In this document: positions 44,735 through 57,289 of the stretch, piece after piece
Numbering within the stretch: position 1 is the first letter of the stretch
Layout of the letters: each line of letters opens with the position of its first letter
Source: the human T2T-CHM13v2.0 reference genome, Homo sapiens
Strand: one strand, 5' to 3'
NCBI RefSeq assembly: GCF_009914755.1
Contig: NC_060939.1
Length of the DNA: 64,000 nucleotides
Position numbers and translations under genes: made by a program
The notes under the pieces: model-generated
Seen by the model: the letters and a program-made list of their open reading frames with translations, nothing else
What the model was told of the DNA's origin: nothing
The model's database searches: none

Positions 44735-47700
44735 AAATTTATTTTGATTTCAATAGTTTTGGGGGAACAAGTGGTATCTAATTGCATGGAAAAGTTCTTC
44801 AGTGGTGATTTCTGAGATTTTGGTGCACTCGCCACCTGAGCAATGTGCACAGTACCCAATTTGTAGGCTTTTATCCCTCATCTCCCTCCCATTCCCATCC
44901 CCCTCCCATCCTTCCCCCTGAGTCCCTAAAGTCCACTATATGTATGCCTCTGCATCCTCATAGCTTAGCTCCCATGTATAAGTGAGACCATATGATGTTT
45001 GGTTTTCCATTCTTGAGTTACTCCACTTAGAATAATTGTCTGCAGCTCCATCCAGGTTGCTGTGAATGCCATTATTTCATTCCTTCTAATGGCTGAGTAG
45101 TATTCCATTTTATATATAAATATATATATATATAATTAAAACTAGTTATACATTTATTTAATATTTTTAACTTTTATTTTATATTCAAGGGGACATGTGC
45201 TGGTTTCTTATATAGGTAAATTACATGTGAAGGAGGTTTGTGAACAGATTATTTCTTTTTATAAACATTTCTTTTTGTATATATATATACCACATTTTCT
45301 TTATCCACTTGTTGGTTGATAGGCATTTAGGCTGGTTTCATATTTTTGCAATTGCAAATTGTGCTGCTATAAACATGCGTGTGCAAGTGACTTTTTCATA
45401 TAATGTCTTCTTTTCCTCTGGGTAGATACCCAGTAGTGGGATTGCTGGATCAAACGGTAGTTCTACTTTTAGTTCTTTGAGTAATCCTCATACTGTTTTC
45501 CATAGTTGTTTTATTTGTTTACATTACCACCAGCAGTGTAAAAGTGTTCCCTTTTCACCACACCCATGCCAACATATATTATTTTTGGATTTTTTACTTA
45601 TGGTAATTCTTGCAGGAGTAAAATGGTATCATATTGTGGTTTTGATTTGTATTTCCCTAATAATCAGCGATGTAGTGCATTTTTTCATATGTTTGTTGGC
45701 CATTTGTATATCTTCTTTTGAGAACTGTCTATTCATGTCCTTTGCCCACTTTTTAATGGAATTATTTGTTTTTTCTTGCTGATTCGTTTGAGTTTCTTGT
45801 AGATTCTGGATATTAGTCCTTTGTCGGATGCATAGCTTGCAAATGTTTGCACCGACTCAGGAGGCTGTTTACTGTGACGATTATTTCTTTTGTTGTGCAG
45901 AAGCTTTTTAGTTTAATTAAGTCCCATCTGTTTGTTTTTGTTTTTGTTGAATTTGCTTTTGGTTTTTTGGTCATGAACTCTTTGCCTAAAGCAATGTCTA
46001 GAAGAGTTTTTTCAATGTTATCTTCTAGAATTTTTATGGTTTCAGGTCTTAGTTTAAGTCTTTGAGCCATCTTCAGTTGACTTTTGTATAAGAGACAAGT
46101 ATCCAGCTTTATTCTTCTACATGTGGTTTGCCAATTATCCCAGAACCATTTGTTAAATAGGGTCTCCTTTTCCCACTTTATGTTTTTGTTTGCTTTGTCA
46201 AAGATCAGTTGGCTGTAAGTATTTGGCTTTATTTCAGTGTTTTCTATGCTCTTCGATTTGTCTACTTGCCTATTTTTATACTAGTACCATGGTGTTTTGG
46301 TAACATAGCCTTGTAGTATAGTTTGAAGTCGGGTAATGTGATGCCTCTAAATTTGTTCTTTTTGTTTAGTCTTACTTTGGCTTTGTGGGATTTTTGGTTC
46401 CATATGAATTTTAGAATTTTTTCTAGTTCTGTGCAGAAAGATGATGTTACTTTTATGGGAATTGCACTGAATTTGTAGGTTGCTTTTGGCAGTATGATCA
46501 TTTTCACAATATTGATTCTACCTATCTGTGAGCATGGGATGTGTTTTTATTTGTTTGTCTCATCTGTGATTTGTTTCAGCAGTGTTTTATAGTTTTCCTT
46601 GTAGAGGTCTTTCACCTCCTTGGTTAGGTATATTCCCAAGTTATTTATTTATTTAATTTATTTATATTTGCAGCTGTTGTAAAACGGACTGAGTTCTTCA
46701 TTTGATTCTCAGCTTGGTTGTTGTTGGTGTATAGCAGTGCTACTTATTTGTGTACACTGATTTCATATCCTGAAACTTTAGTGAATGAATTTGTCAGATA
46801 TAGGAGCTTTTTGGATGAAGACTTTAGGGTTTTCTAGGTATACAATCATATCATCAGAAAACAGTGACAGTATGACTTCCTTTTTACTCATCTGGATGCT
46901 CTTTATTTCATTCTCTTCTTTGATTGCTCTGGCTAGGACTGCCAGTATGTTAAATAGAAGTGGTGAAAGTGGGCATCCTTGTCTTGTTCCAGTTCTCAGG
47001 GGGCAATGCTTTCAACTTCTCCCCATTCAGTATAATGTTGGCTGTGTATTTGTCATAGATGGCTTTATTACCCTGAGGTATGTCTCCTCTTTGCCAATTT
47101 TGCTGAGGGTTTTAATCATAAAGTGATGCTGGATTTTGTCAAATAATTTTTCTGCATCTATTGAGATAAACATATGCTTTTTAATTTTGTTTTTGTGATG
47201 TATCACATTTATTGACATATTGATGGTATGTTAAACCATCCCTGCATCCCTGTTATGAAACATACTTGATCGTGGTGTATGATATTTTTGATATGCTGTT
47301 GGAATTGGTTAGCTAGTATTTCGTTGAGGATTTTTGCATCTATGTTCATCAAGAATATTGGTCTGTAGTTTTCTTTTTTTGTTATGTTCTTTCCTGGTTT
47401 TGGTATTAGGGTGATCCTGGCTTCATAGAATTAGGGAAGAGTCCCTCTTTCACCATCTTGTGGAATAGTTTCAGTAAAATTGGTACCAATTCTTCTTTAA
47501 ATGTCTGATAGAATTCAGCTGTGAATTCATCTGATCCTCAAACTTTTTTTTGGCAATTTTTTTATTACTGTTTCAATCTCACTACTTGTTATTGCTCCAT
47601 TCAGAGTTTCTATTTCTTCCTGATATAACCTAGGACAGTTGTATATTTCCTGGAATTTATCCATCTCCTGTAGATTTTGTAATTTGTGTGCATAAAGGTG

Positions 47701-50449
47701 TTCATAGTAGCCCTAAATGATCTTTTGTATTTCTGTGGTATCGGTTGTAATGTTTCCCATTTTGTTTCTAATTGAGCTTACTTGGATCTTCTATTTTCTT
47801 GCTTAATCTTGCTAATGGTGTGTCAAATTTGTTAATCTTTTCAAAGAATCAACTTTTTGTTTTGTTTGTCTTTTATAGTTTTTTGTTTCAATTTCATTTA
47901 GTTCTGCTCTGATCTTTGTTGTTGATTTTCTTCAGCTGGGTTTGGGATTGGTTTGTTCTTGTTTCTCTAGTTCCTTGAGATGTGACCTTAGATTGTCTAT
48001 TTGTGCTTTTTTAGGCTTTTTGATATAGACATTTAATGCTATGAACTTTCCTCTTAGCATGGCTTTTGCTGTGTCCCAGAGGTTTAGATAGGTCATGTCA
48101 GTATTACTGTTCAGTTCAAAGAATTTTAAAATTTTCGTCTTAATTTCATTGTTCACCCAAAGATCATTCAGGAGCAGATTATTTAACTTCCATGTATTGG
48201 TATCATTTTGAGGGTTCCTTTTGGAGTAATTTCTAATTTTATTCTACTGTGGTCTGAAAGAGTACTTCATATAATTTTGATTTTCTTAAATTTATTGAGA
48301 CTTGTTTTGTGGCCTATCATATGATCTCACCAGAAGGGAGCAGGAGTAGCTATTTTTTTTTTTTTAATTTTATTATTATTATACTTTAAGTTTTAGGGTA
48401 CATGTGCACAACGTGCAGGTTTGTTACATATGTATACATGTGCCATGTTGGTGTGCTGCACCCATTAACTCGTCATTTAGCATTAGGTATATCTCCCAAT
48501 GCTATCCGTCCCCCCTCCCCTCACCCCACAACAGGCCCCGGTGTGTGATGGTCCCCTTCCTGTGTCCATGTGTTCTCATTGTTCAATTCCCACCTATGAG
48601 TGAGAACATGCAGTGTTTGGTTTTTTGTCCTTGCAACAGTTTGCTGAGAATGATGGTTTCCATTTTCATCCATGTCCCTACAAAGGACATGAACTCATCA
48701 TTTTTTATGGCTCCATAGTATTCCATGGTGTATATGTGCCACATTTTCTTAATCCAGTCTATCGTTGTTGGACATTTACGTTGGTTCCAAGTCTTTGCTA
48801 TTGTGAATAGTGCCGCAATAAACATACGTGTGCATGTGTCTTTATAGCAGCGTGATTTATAATCCTTTGGGTATATACCCAGTAACGGGATGGCTGGGTC
48901 AAATGGTATTTCTAGTTCTAGATCCCTGAGGAATCACCACACTGACTTCCACAATGGTTGAACTAGTTTACAGTCCCACCAACAGTGTAAAAGTGTTCCT
49001 ATTTCTCCACATCTTCTCCAGCACCTGTTGTTTCCTAACTTTTTAATGATCGCCATTCTAACTGGTGTGAGATGGTATCTCATTGTGGTTTTGATTTGCA
49101 TTTCTCTGATGGCCAGTGATGATGAGCAGAGAAGTTTAGAGGAAAAAGAATAAAAAGAAATAAAGCCTCCAAGAAATATGGGACTATGTGAAAAGACCAA
49201 ATCTACGTCTGATTGGTGTACCTGAAAGTGATGGGGAGAATAGAACCAAGTTAGAAAACACTCTGCAGGATATTATCCAGGAGAACTCCCCCATCTAGCA
49301 AGGCAGGCCAACATTCAAATTCAGGAAATACAGAGAATGCCACAACGATACTCCTTGAGAAGAGCAAGTCCAAGACACATAATTGTCAGATTCACCAAAG
49401 TTGAAATGAAGGAAAAAATGTTAAGGGCAGCCAGAGAGAAAGGTCGGGTTACCCACAAAGGGAAGCCCATCAGACTAACAGCGGATCTCTTGGCAGAAAC
49501 TACAAGCCAGAAGAGAGTGGGGACCAATATTCAACATTCTTAAAGAAAAGAATTTTCAGCCCAGAATCTCATATCCAGCCAAATTAAGCCTCATAAGTGA
49601 AGGAGAAATAAAATACTTTACAGACAAGCAAATGCTGAGAGATTTTGTCACCACCAGGCCTGCCCTAGAAGAGCTCCTGAAGGAAGCACTAAACATGGAA
49701 AGGAACAACCAGTACCAGCCACTGCAAAAACATGCCAAATTGTAAAGACCATCAAGGCTAGGAAGAAACTGCATCAACTAACGAGCAAAATAACCAGCTA
49801 ACATCATAATGACAGGATCAAATTCAGATATAACAATATTAACTTTAAATGTAAATGGGCTAAATGCTCCAATTAAAAAACACAGACTGGCAAATTGGAT
49901 AAAGAGTCAAGACCCATCAGTGTGCTGTATTCAGGAAACCCATCTCAAGTGCAGAGACACACATAGGCTCAAAATAAAGGGATGGAGGAAGATCTACCAA
50001 GCAAATGGAAAACAAAAAAAGGCAGGGGTTGCAATCCTAGTCTCTGATAAAACAGACTTTAAACCAACAAGGAGTAGCTATTCTTGTATCAGACAAAATA
50101 GACTTTAAAGCAACAGCAGTTAAAAAAGACAAAGAGACATTTATATAATGATAAAGCAATCAGTCCAACAGGAAAATGTCACAATCCTAAACTTATATGC
50201 ATCTAACATAGGAACTCACAGATTTGTAAAACAATTATTACTAGGCACAAGAAATTAGATATACAGCAACACAGTAATAGTAGAGGACTTCAATACTCCA
50301 CTGACGACACCAAACAGGTCATCAAGATGGAAAGTCAACAAAGAAATAATGGACATAAATTATGCCCTAGAACAAATGGACTTAACAGATATTTACAGAA
50401 TAGTCTACCAACAACTTCAGAATATACATTCTCTTCATCAGCAGATGGA
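44735..50449 (-). mobile_element. L1PB1-like with 5' inversion: minus arm 44735-48327, inverted arm 48328-48354 plus 50070-50449
   Basis: PB1-type 3' UTR (tttcaatagtttt gggggaacaagtgg ... agtggtgatttctgagattttggtgcac). Strand switches at 48327/48328, and the two arms are near-contiguous in ORF2. Confidence 0.85.
48355..50069 (-). mobile_element. L1PA2/3-like with inversion and large internal deletion
   Basis: Minus-strand 3' end at 48355-~49128; plus-strand ORF1/ORF2 start at ~49128-50069 (MTGSNSDITILTLNVNGLNAPIK...). TSD aggagtagctatt at 48342-48354 and 50070-50082. Confidence 0.92.
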
Positions 50450-53400
50450 ATTCCAGTACTATGTTGAACAACTGGTGACAGTGTGTATCCTTGTCATGTT
50501 CCAGATCTTAGAGGAAAAACTTTCAGTTTTTCCCCATTCAGCATGATACTAGCTCTGAGTCTGTTATACATGGTTTTTACTATGCTGAGGTATATTCCTT
50601 ATATCACCAATTTTTTGATAATTTTTATTATGAAGGGATATGGAATTTTATCAAATGCTTTTTTTCAGCATCAGTTGAAATGATCATATGGGTTTTATCC
50701 TTCATTCTGTTAATACAATGTATTACATTGATTGATTTGCATATGTTGAACCATCCTTCCACTTCAGGAATAAATGCCACTTGGTATTGATGAATGATCT
50801 TTCTCACGTATTGTTGAATTTGGTTTGTAGTATCTTGTTGAGGATTTTTGCATCAATATCCATCAGTGATACTGGTCTGTAGTTTTCTTTTCTTTTCTTG
50901 ATGTGCCTTTGTCTAGTTTTGGTATCCAAATAATACTGCCTTGTAGAATGAGTTTGGGAGTATTCCCTCCTCCTCTCTTTTTTGGAAATAGTTTGAGTAG
51001 AATTGGTATTAGTTCTTCTTTGAATGTTTGGTAGAATTCAGCAGTGAAGCCAGCAAGTCCTGGGCTTTTCCTTACTGGGGTACTTTTTATTATGGCTTTG
51101 ATCTCATTACTTGGTTTGTTCAGGATTTGAATTTGTTCCTGGTTCAATCTTGGGAGGTGGTAATATTTAGAAATCTGTCAATTTCCTCTAGATTTTCTAA
51201 TTTATTGGCATACAGTTGCTCATGGTAGCAACTAATAATCCTTTGACTTTCTGCAGTATCAGTTGCAATGTCTCCTTTTTCATTTCTGATTTGTATCTTG
51301 TCTTTTTTACTTAGTCTGGCTAACGATTTGTCAATTTTTTCTAACTTTTCAAAAAACAAACTTGTTTTATTAATCTTTCTTATCATTTGTTTTCATTTCA
51401 ATTTCATTTACTTCTGCTCTGATCTTTATTATTTATTTTCTTCTCCTAATTTTGGGTTTGGTTTGCTCTTGCTTTTCTAATTCTTTAAGACACATTGTTA
51501 GAGACTGTTTCTTTGAAGTTGTTCTTTATTGATGTAGGCACTTACAGCTATAAATATGCCTCTTAGTACTGCTTTCACCCTATTCCATGGATTTTGGCAT
51601 GTTGTGTTTCCATAGTCGTTTGTTTAAAGAGATTTTTCAAATTCTTTCTTAATTTCTTCATGAGGAGCATATTGTTTAATTTCCACGTTTACTTTCAAAT
51701 TTTCTTCTCTTATTGATTTGCATATGTATTTTATTTATTTATTTATTTTTATTGATTATTCTTGGGTGTTTCTCGCAGAGGGGGATTTGGCAGGGTCATA
51801 GGACAACAGTGGAGGGAAGGTCAGCAGATAAACAAGTGAACAAAGGTCTCTGGTTTTCCTAGGCAGAGGACCCTGTGGCCTGGCCTTCCACAGTGTTTGT
51901 GTCCCTGGGTACTTGAGATAAGGGAGTGGTGATGACTCTTAACGAGCATGCTGCCCTCAAGCATCTGTTTAACAAAGCACATCTTGCACCGCCCTTAATC
52001 CATTTAACCCTGAGTGGACACAGCACATGATTCCGAGAGCACAGGGTTGGGGGTAAGGTCACAGATCAACAGGATAAGAATTTTTCTTAGTACAGAACAA
52101 AATGAAAAGTCTCCCATGTCTACCTCTTTCTACACAGACACAGCAACCATCCGATTTCTCAATCTTTTCCCCACCTTTCCCCACTTTCTATTCCACAAAA
52201 CCGCCATTGTCATCATGGCCCGCTCTCAATGAGCTGTTGGGTACACCTCCCAGACGGGGTGGTGGCCGGGCAGAGGGGCTCCTCACTTCCCAGACGGGGT
52301 GGTTGGCCGGGCGGGGGGCTGACCCCCCCCACCTCCCTCCCGGATGGGGCGGCTGGCCGGGCGGGGGGCTGACCCCCCCACCTCCCTCCCAGACGGGGCG
52401 GCTGGCCGGGCAGGGGGCTGACCCCCCCACCTCCCTCCCGGACGGGGCGGCTGGCCGGGCTGGGGGCTGATCCCCCCACCTCCCTCCTGGACGGGGGCGG
52501 CTGGCCGGGCAGGGGGCTGACCCCCCCACCTCCCTCCCGGACGGGGCGGCTGGCCGGGCAGGGGGCTGATCCCCCCACCTCCCTCCTGGATGGGGTGGCT
52601 GGCCGGGCGGGGGGCTGACCCCCCCACCTCCCTCCCTGACGGGGCGGCTGGCCGGGCAGAGGGGCTCCTCACTTCCCAGTAGGGGCGGCCGGGCAGAGGC
52701 GCCCCTCACCTCCCGTACGGGGCGGCTGGCCGGGCGGCGGGCTGACCCCCCCACCTCCCTCCCGGACGGGGCGGCTGGCCTGGCGGGGGCTGACCCCCAC
52801 CTCCCTCCCGGACGGGGTGGCTGCTGGGCGGAGACGCTCCTCACTTCCCAGACGGGGTGACTGCCAGGCGGAGGGGCTCCTCACTTCTCAGACGGGGCAG
52901 CTGCCGGGCGGAGGGGCTCCTCACTTCTCAGATGGGCGGCTGCCAGGCGGAGGGTCTCCTCACTTCTCAGACGGGGCGGCTGGGCAGAGACGCTCCTCAC
53001 CTCCCAGACGGGGTCACGGCCGGGTAGAGGCGCTCCTCACATCCCAGGTGGGGCGGCGGGGCAGAGGCTCTCCCCACATCTCAGACGATGGGCGGCCGGG
53101 CAGAGACGCTCCTCACTTCCTAGATGGGATGGCGACCGGGAAGAGGCGCTCGTCACTTCCTAGATGGGATGGCGGCCGGGCAGAGACACTCCTCACTTTC
53201 CAGACTGAGCAGCCAGGCAGAGGGGCTCCTCACGTCCCAGACGATGGGCGGCCAGGCAGAGACGCTCCTCACTTCCCAGACGGGGTGGCGGCCGGGCAGA
53301 GGCTGCAATCTCGGCACTTTGGGAGGCCAAGGCAGGCGGCTGGGAGGTGGAGGTTGTAGCGAGCCGAGATCACACCACTGCACTCCAGCCTGGGCACCAT

Positions 53401-56400
53401 TGAGCACTGAGTGAACCAGACTCCGTCTGCAATCCCGGCACCCCGGGAGGCCGAGGCTGGCGGATCACTCGCCGCTAGGAGCTGGAGACCAGCCCAGCCA
53501 ACACAGCGAAACCCCGTCTCCACCAAAAAAATACGAAAACCAGTCAGGCGTGGCGTCATGCGCCTGCAATTGCAGGCACTCGGCAGGCTGAGGCAGGAGA
53601 ATCAGGCAGGGAGGTTGCAGTGGGCCGAGATGGCAGCAGTACAGTCCAGCTTTGGCTCAGCATGAGGGAGAGGGAGAGGGAGAGGGAGAGGGAGAGGACG
53701 CATATGTATTTTTAAATTGTTATATCCTCTTGCTGAATTGACCCCTTTATTATTATGTAATAACCTTCTTTGTTTCTTCTTATAGTTTCTGTATTTAAGT
53801 CTATTTTGTCTGATACAAGTATAGCAATTCCTTTTTTTGGTTTCCATTGGCATAGAATACTTTTCTTCATATCTTTATTTTCAGTCTATGTGTATCTTTA
53901 TAGGTGAAGTGTGTTTTTTGTCGGCAACAGAACAATGAGTCTTGTTTTTTCATCCATTCAGCCAGTCTTTTAATTAGAGTTTAGTCCACTTACACTCAAT
54001 ATTATTATTGGTAAGTAAGGGTTTACTTCTGTGATTTTGTTATTTGCTTTCTTGTTCTGTGTTCTTCTCTTCCTTCTTTCTTTGCTCCTGTCTTACTGTA
54101 GTGAATGTGATTTTTCTCTGGTGACATGCTTTAGTTTCTTGCTTTGTATTTTTTGTGTATCTACTGTATGTTTTTTGGTTTGAGGTTACCATGAGGCTTG
54201 CAAACACTATTTTAAAACCCATATTTTAACCTGGTAACAACATAATACTATTTCCATAAACAAACTAATAAAAACTCAATGGTTTAAATTTGTCCCCCCA
54301 CTTTTTAACTCTTTGTTGTTTCTATTTATATCTTACTGTATTATGTCTTAAAAAGTTGTTGAAATTATAATTTTTGAGTGGTTCCTCCTTTATTTAGTCT
54401 TTCTACTTAGGATAAGAGTAGTTTACACACAACAGTTGCAGTGTTTTAATATTCTGTGTTTTTTCTGTGTACTTACTATTACCAGTGAGTTTTGTAAATG
54501 TAAGTGATTACTTATTGCTCATTAATGTTTTTTCTTTCTAATTGAAGTCCTCCCTTTAGCATTTCTTGTAGGATAGGTCCGGTATTGCTGAAATCCCTCA
54601 GCTTTTGTGTGGGAATATCTTTATCTTTCCTTCATGTTTGAAGGATATTTTTGCCAGATATACTACTTTGGGTAAATGTTTTTGTTCCTTCAGCACTTTA
54701 AATATATCATTCCATTCTCTTCTGGCCTATAAGGTTTCCACTGAAAAGACTGCTGCCAGATGTACTGGAGCATTATTGTATGTTGTTTCTTTCTTTTATC
54801 TTGCTGCTCTCAGGTCCTTTCTTTATCCTTGACCTTTGGGAGTCTGATTATTAAACATCTTAAGTAATCTTTGGGTTAAACCTGCTTAGTGTTCTATAAC
54901 CTTCTTGTACTTGGATATTGGTATTTTTCCTTTAGGTTTAAGGAAATTGCCTATTATCCCTTTCAATAACCTATCTACCCCATCTCTTTTTCTACCTCCT
55001 TTTTAAGGCCAACAACTCAGATTTGCCCTTTTGAGGCTATTTTCTAGATCCTGTAGGCATGTTTCATTGTTTTTTGTTTTTTTCTTTTGATTTCCTTGTG
55101 TTTTCAAATAGCCTATCTTCAAGCTCACTAATTCTTTCTTCTGCTTGATCCATTCTGCTATTTAAGGACTCTGATGCATTCTGCAGTGTGCCAATTGCAT
55201 TTTCAGCTCCAGAATTTCTGCTTCTTTTTATTTCTATCTCTTTGTTAAGTTTATCTGATATAATTCAGATTCCTTCTCTGGGTTATCCTGAATTTATTTG
55301 AGTTTCCTCAACACAGCTATTTTTAAGTTTTGTTTCAAAGGTCACATATCTCTGTTTCTCCAAGACTGGTCCCTGGTGCCTTATTTAGTTAATTGCTGAA
55401 GTCTTTTCCTGGATGTGTTGATGCCAGTTGATGTTCTTTGGTGTCTGGGCATTAAAGAGTTAGGTATTTATTGTAATATTCACTGTCTGCGCTTATTTAT
55501 AGCTGTTCTACTTGGGAAGGTTTTCCAGATACTTGAAAGAGCTTGGGTGTTGTGATATAAGCTGTATCTACTTTAAGGGACACCCCAAGCCCAGTAACAC
55601 TGTGGTTCTTGCAGACTTGTGGAGGTAATTCTCTGAATTACCAGGCAGAGACTTTTTTTCTCCTCCCTTACTTTATCCCAAACATACAGAATCTCTCTTT
55701 CTGTTCTGACACCTAAAAATGTAGGTGGAGTGACACAAGCACTCCTGTGGCTATCACCATTATGACTGCTTTGGGTAAGACGTGAAGCCAGAACAATGCT
55801 GGGTCTCACTGAAGGCCTGCAGCAATCACTCCCTAACTACTGTATATGTTTGCTCAAGGCCCTGGGGCTCTACAATCAGCAAGTGGCAAAGCCAGCCAGG
55901 CCTGTGTCCTTCCCTTCAGGGTGGCGAGGTTCCCCAGGCCCCTGGTAGGTCCAGGTGTGCTGCCTGGGAGCCAGAGACTAAAGAAAAAAAACCTTAGAGC
56001 TGGCACTCAAATCACAAGATGCAGTCCTTCCTACTCTTCCCTCCCCTTTCCAAAGGCAGAGTCATCTCACCCTGTAGCCACTGTCACACCATGCCATGAG
56101 GAATATTGCCACACTATCAGCCAATGTTCCCTTAAGGGCCACAGGCTCTTAAATCAGCTCTTGTTGAATGCTGCCTGGCCTGGGACACAACCTTCAGGGA
56201 AGTGGGCTCCTCTCTGGCCCAGGGCAGGTCCAGAAATGCTGCCCAAGAGTCAAGTCCTGGAATTGGGGACCCCAAGAGCACAGCTGATGCTCTCCCCACC
56301 TGTGGCCATGCTGGTACCTGAAGCCAGCAAGTCTCAGAGTATCACCCAGGGCCCTCAATGTAGTACTTGGGTATTGCTGCTAGTTATTCAGGGCTCAAGG

Positions 56401-57285
56401 GCTCTTCAGTTAGCAGGTGATAATGTTGCCAGGATTGGGCCCTTTCCTTCAAGGCAGTGTGTTCCATTTTTGCCCAGTTTGTGTCTAGAAATGTCATCTG
56501 GAAACTAGGGCCTGGAATAAGGGCCTCCCATCTCTGTCTGATGCCCTATCCTGCTGGGGTTGAGCTGGTATCCAAGATGCAAGTCAAAGTCCTCCCCACT
56601 CTTCCCTCTCCTTTCCTCTAGCAGAAGGAAGGGGTCTCTTTCAGAGCTGTGAGCTGTGCAGCCTGGGGTTATGAGAGAGGTGATGCCGGTACTCCCTTGG
56701 CTGCCCCTACTGATGTGTCACTATGTTGCGTGCACACTCCAGTCCATTGTCTCTGGACCTCGTTCAGTAATAGGTCTTGCTTAAGAGTCGCAGTCCTTAT
56801 GGCCTAGACTCTCAGATTTACTTGGAGACACAGAATGTGTAGCCCTCTGTGGCAAGGTTTGCAGGTTCTCAAGTTCTGACCGCTGGGATCCACAATTCCC
56901 CTCTGTCTAGGGCTGGTTTAAATGCTCCCTCTGTGGGCCGGTATCAGCTGAGTTTGGTTCGGTTTTCTTTCTGCTCTAACAGGACAGCACTGAGTTAACT
57001 ATCTCACAATGTTGTGTTCTTTCCCCAGCACCCAGAAATGCTCTCTGCACTACACTGCCACTGCTGGGGGTTGGGGAGGGGTGGTGTTGGTGATTCCAGA
57101 CTGCTTTTCCTATCTCTTCAGTGCCTCTTTCAGTGATATGAAGCTAAAACTAGGCACTATAAGTACTTGGCCTGATTTTTGTTTTTTTATGAAGGTGTTT
57201 TTTTCTGTGTAGATAGTTGTTAACTTGGTGTTCTTGTGGGGGGACAATCAGTGAGGTTTCTATTCTGCCATTGTGCTCTGCCTCT
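50450..57285 (-). mobile_element. L1MA1/2-like: ORF2 5' half, ORF1 and long 5' UTR; 3' half missing; hosts the SVA
   Basis: [28 protein letters not shown]; antisense ORF1 at ~54550-55350; 5' end near tattctgccattgtgctctg. Confidence 0.8.
51733..53699 (-). mobile_element. Full-length SVA (SVA_D-like)
   Basis: (CCCTCT)~5 at ~53666-53697, Alu-like region ~53300-53665, GC-rich VNTR ~52230-53300, SINE-R ~51750-52230, A-rich tail. TSD gcatatgtatttt at 51720-51732 and 53700-53712. Confidence 0.96.
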
Positions 57286-57289
57286 GCCT

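Noticed and set aside
51700-51732. Apparent deletion in the host L1MA immediately left of the SVA TSD
   Set aside because: The TSD is intact, so the deletion more likely predates the SVA. It cannot be attributed to the insertion without an orthologue.
52102-53665. Long Pro/Gly/Arg-rich ORFs on both strands
   Set aside because: Artefact of the stop-poor, GC-rich SVA VNTR.
55846-56508. 220-aa ORF
   Set aside because: Antisense to an old L1MA 5' UTR, with no domain or splice evidence.
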